From Macrostomum lignano (lineage: Eukaryota): a DNA stretch of 64,000 nt. A program made the position numbers and the translations under genes. The notes beneath the pieces are model-generated. The model worked only from the letters and a program-made list of their open reading frames with translations, ran no database searches and was not told the origin of the DNA. Where the stretch lies: positions 186,001 through 250,000 of the forward strand of contig NIVC01000340.1 in assembly GCA_002269645.1 (NCBI GenBank), in the 5' to 3' direction. Every line of letters starts with the position of its first letter. Within the stretch, counting starts at the first letter, position 1. Of this stretch, positions 60,205 through 64,000 are shown piece after piece.

Positions 60205-61620
60205 GGAGACTCTGAGGACAGTTTAGAGGCGATTTTTCAAGGACAGTTTAGAGGCGACTCCAAGGACAGTCTAGAGGCGACTCTAAGGATAGTTTAGACA
60301 CGACTCTAAGGACAGTTTAGACACGACTCCAAGGACAGTTTAGAGGCGACTCTAAGGACAGTTTAGAAGCGACTCTAAGGACAGTTTAGACACGACTCCA
60401 AGGACAGTTTAGAGGCGACTCTAAGGACAGTTTAGAAGCGACTCTAAGGACAGTTTAGAGGCGACTCCAAGGACAGTCTAGAGGCGACTCTAAGGACAGT
60501 CTAGAGGCGACTCTAAGGACAGTTTAGAGGCGACTCCAAGGACAGTCTAGAGGCGACTCTAAGGACAGTTTAGAGGCGACTCTAAGGACAGTTTAGAGGC
60601 GACTCTAAGGACAGTTTAGAGGCGACTCCAAGGACAGTTTAGAGGCGACTCTAAGGACAGTTTAGAGGCGACTCTAAGGACAGTTTAGAGGCGACTCTAA
60701 GGACAGTTTAGAGGCGACTCTAAGGACAGTCTAGAGGCGACTCTAAGGACAGTTTAGAGGCGACTCTAAGGACAGTTTAGAGGCGACTCTAAAGACAGTT
60801 TAGACACGACTCTAGGGACAGTTTAGAGGCGACTCTAAGGACAGTTTAGAGGTGACTCTAAGGACAGTTTAGACACGACTCTAAGGACAGTTTAGAGGCG
60901 ACTCCAAGGACAGTCTAGAGGCGACTCTAAGGACAGTCTAGAGGCGACTCTAAGGACAGTTTAGAGGCGACTCTAAGGACAGTCTAGAGGCGACTCTAAG
61001 GACAGTTTAGAGGCGACTCCAAGGACAGTCTAGAGGCGACTCTAAGGACAGTCTAGAGGCGACTCTAAGGACAGTTTAGACACGACTCTAAGGACAGTTT
61101 AGAGGCGACTCTAAGGACAGTCTAGAGGCGACTCTAAGGACAGTTTAGACACGACTCTAAGGACAGTTTAGAGGCGACTCCAAGGACAGTTTAGAGGCGA
61201 CTCTAAGGACAGTTTAGAGGCGACTCCAAGGACAGTCTAGAGGCGACTCTAAGGACAGTCTAGAGGCGACTCTAAGGACAGTTTAGACACGACTCTAAGG
61301 ACAGTTTAGACACGACTCTAAGGACAGTTTAGACACGACTCTAAGGACAGTTTAGACACGACTCTAAGGACAGTTTAGAGGCGACTCTAAGGACAGTTTA
61401 GATACGACTCTAAGGAAAGTTTAGTGAAGACTCTAAGGACAGTTTAGAAGCGACTCTAAGGACAGTTTAGAGACGACTCTAAGGACAGTTTAGACACGAC
61501 TCTAAGGACAGTTTAGAGGCGACTCTAAGGACAGTTTAGATACGACTCTAAGGAAAGTTTAGTGAAGACTCTAAGGACAGTTTAGACACGACTCTAAGGA
61601 CAGTTTAGAGGCGAATCTAA
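60205..61620. repeat. 23-bp minisatellite (GACTCTAAGGACAGTTTAGAGGC)
   Basis: GACTC at 60601 and 60624. Confidence 0.95.
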
Positions 61621-62624
61621 AGAGTATTAATGCCTTTAGGGCACTTTGAAGATTGAGCTTGAAATTAATCGAGTTTTGAGTAAGTGAGGCAAGAATCTAA
61701 GAATGTTATTCTACTGACCAAAAAGCAAGTCTTTTTGGGCGTGTCCGATGCCTAGAGCTTTATTTCGATAGCGTGACAGCTCAAAGTGACAAGTTCTAAG
61801 CTCAGCTTAACCTCCGAAGTTGATTGACATTAATTAAAATATCCTAGCAACTCCTTACCAATTGTCTTCATGCATAATTAACTAATAAACTGCCTGTCGA
61901 AAGCCTAAAACTTTACAAAGCTGAATGTTGATTAAGGGTGGAATTTCTATCAAATCTGGGATGAGAATAATATTTAATTTTTTACGTTGATTATATCGCC
62001 ATCTTTACTTCATGCACAAAACTCCTGCTAGCCAATACTACTATACTGATTTCAAACTGACAAGTAGTATGTTTAGTAAAATAAGATAACATTCTACAAA
62101 ATCTGAAGACAAAAGAATCATTCATGTGTATTAAAAGGGCCGGCTCAATTATAAATAGTTTCGGTCATAAATGATAAAAACAAACAATTATTTTAGGTTC
62201 ATCGTCTATCTAACAGAGGTCAATTTATTACTAAAAATAAGTAAAGCATAAAAAACCACTGTATTTACTTTCACTTATAAAAAGTGAACTATATTTTAGA
62301 AAACAATTAATAGAAACACAATGCAATGCAGAATCATAGAATCATACACAGAATATATATTATTAAATAATTTAGGATGACATTATTACAAAACTGTAAA
62401 ACAAGAAATAAGATTATAATAAAAGAAGCTTAAAAATTGAAGGAACAAAATTGTTAGTAAGAAACTATTTGTTGCAGAAGATCGTGACAAACGGTAGATA
62501 AAATATTTAAAACTAACTACATCCTATCTATTCTGGAATAGTTTTAATATTAACAAAAAAACAATAGTATAACACTCATTTCACACATATTTAACCAACA
62601 TTTCGACATCATTCAAGCTGTGAA

Positions 62625-63985
62625 AAGCCCTATCGGAGACAAATTGACATCAATTTGACATCATTTTACACTACCTGGGATTAGTCTCTATCCGAGATAT
62701 CTTGAAATTATTTAACACTAACTGGGACAAGTCAATATCAGAGACATTTTGACTTCGATTTGACATCATTTTACACTAACTGGGATAAGTCTATCAGAGA
62801 CATTTTGACATCAATTTGACATCATTTTACACTAACTGGGACAAGTCCCTATCGACATTTTGACATCAGTTTTACATTATTTTACACTAACTGGGACAAG
62901 TCCCTATCGACATTTTGACATTAGTTTTACATCATTTTACACTAACTGGGACAAGTCCCTATCAGAGACATTTTGACATCAATTTGACATTATTTTACAC
63001 TAACTGGGACAAGTCCCTATCAGAGACATCAATTTGACATCATTTTACGCTAACTGGGACAAGTCCCTATCAGAGACATTTTGACATCAATTTGACATTA
63101 TTTTACACTAACTGGGACAAGTCCCTATCAGAGACATTTTGACATTATTTTACGCTAACTGGGACAAGTCCCTATCAGAGACATTTTGACATCAATTTGA
63201 CATTATTTTACACTAACTGGGACAAGTCCCTATCAGAGACATCAATTTGACATCATTTTACGCTAACTGGGACAAGTCCCTATCAGAGACATTTTGACAT
63301 CAGTTTTACATTATTTTACACTAACTGGGACAAGTCCCTATCGACATTTTGACATTAGTTTTACATCATTTTACACTAACTGGGACAAGTCCCTATCAGA
63401 GACATTTTGACATCAATTTGACATTATTTTACACTAACTGGGACAAGTCCCTATCAGAGACATCAATTTGACATCATTTTACGCTAACTGGGACAAGTCC
63501 CTATCAGAGACATTTTGACATCAATTTGACATTATTTTACACTAACTGGGACAAGTCCCTATCAGAGACATCAATTTGACATCATTTTACGCTAACTGGG
63601 ACAAGTCCCTATCAGAGACATTTTGACATCAATTTGACATTATTTTACACTAACTGGGACAAGTCCCTATCAGAGACATCAATTTGACATCATTTTACGC
63701 TAACTGGGACAAGTCCCTATCAGAGACATTTTGACATCAATTTGACATTATTTTACACTAACTGGGACAAGTCCCTATCAGAGACATTTTGACATCATTT
63801 TACACTAACTGGGACAAGTCGCTATCAGAGACATCAATTTGACATCATTTTACACTAACTGGGACAAGTCCCTATCAGAGACATTTTGACATCAAGTTGA
63901 CATTATTTTACACTAACTGGGACAAGTCCCTATCAGAGACATTTTGACTTCATTTTACACTAAATAGGACACGTCCCCGCAACAG
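62625..63985. repeat. 58/49-bp minisatellite (ACACTAACTGGGACAAGTCCCTATCAGAGACAT...)
   Basis: Units differ by a 9-bp TTTTGACAT module. Confidence 0.92.
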
Positions 63986-64000
63986 CTAGATAGTTTGTCA

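Overview
Repeat-dense eukaryotic (metazoan) genomic DNA, not prokaryotic. GC-rich exons are separated by introns and intergenic stretches that are largely filled with mini- and microsatellites. The style resembles a free-living flatworm such as Macrostomum, but the species is inference only. Reading splice sites and phases by hand gives five spliced genes. (1) Minus-strand TTL/ATP-grasp-like gene resembling the CPED1 N-terminus, with degenerate catalytic motifs (3911-9308). (2) Small plus-strand Ly6/uPAR-like gene only partly visible in the ORF track (10222-17060), possibly a pseudogene. (3) Sex-peptide/MIP-receptor-like GPCR (20362-22618, minus). (4) Membrane-anchored JmjC/cupin oxygenase (39907-42567, plus). 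(5) 12-exon, ~1527-aa RCC1-repeat protein resembling claret/GLO-4 (45495-59937, minus). Intron 2 of the Ly6-like gene holds a full-length LOA-clade LINE (10688-16063; 15-bp TSD, TAATG stop-start, three 1-nt frameshifts) inserted at the 3' end of a tRNA-SINE. There are also CORE-type SINEs, a foldback-like palindromic element and a 151-bp inverted repeat around a terminal exon. Most long ORFs in the track are artefacts of tandem repeats. All family assignments are by-eye motif recognition, with no database search.
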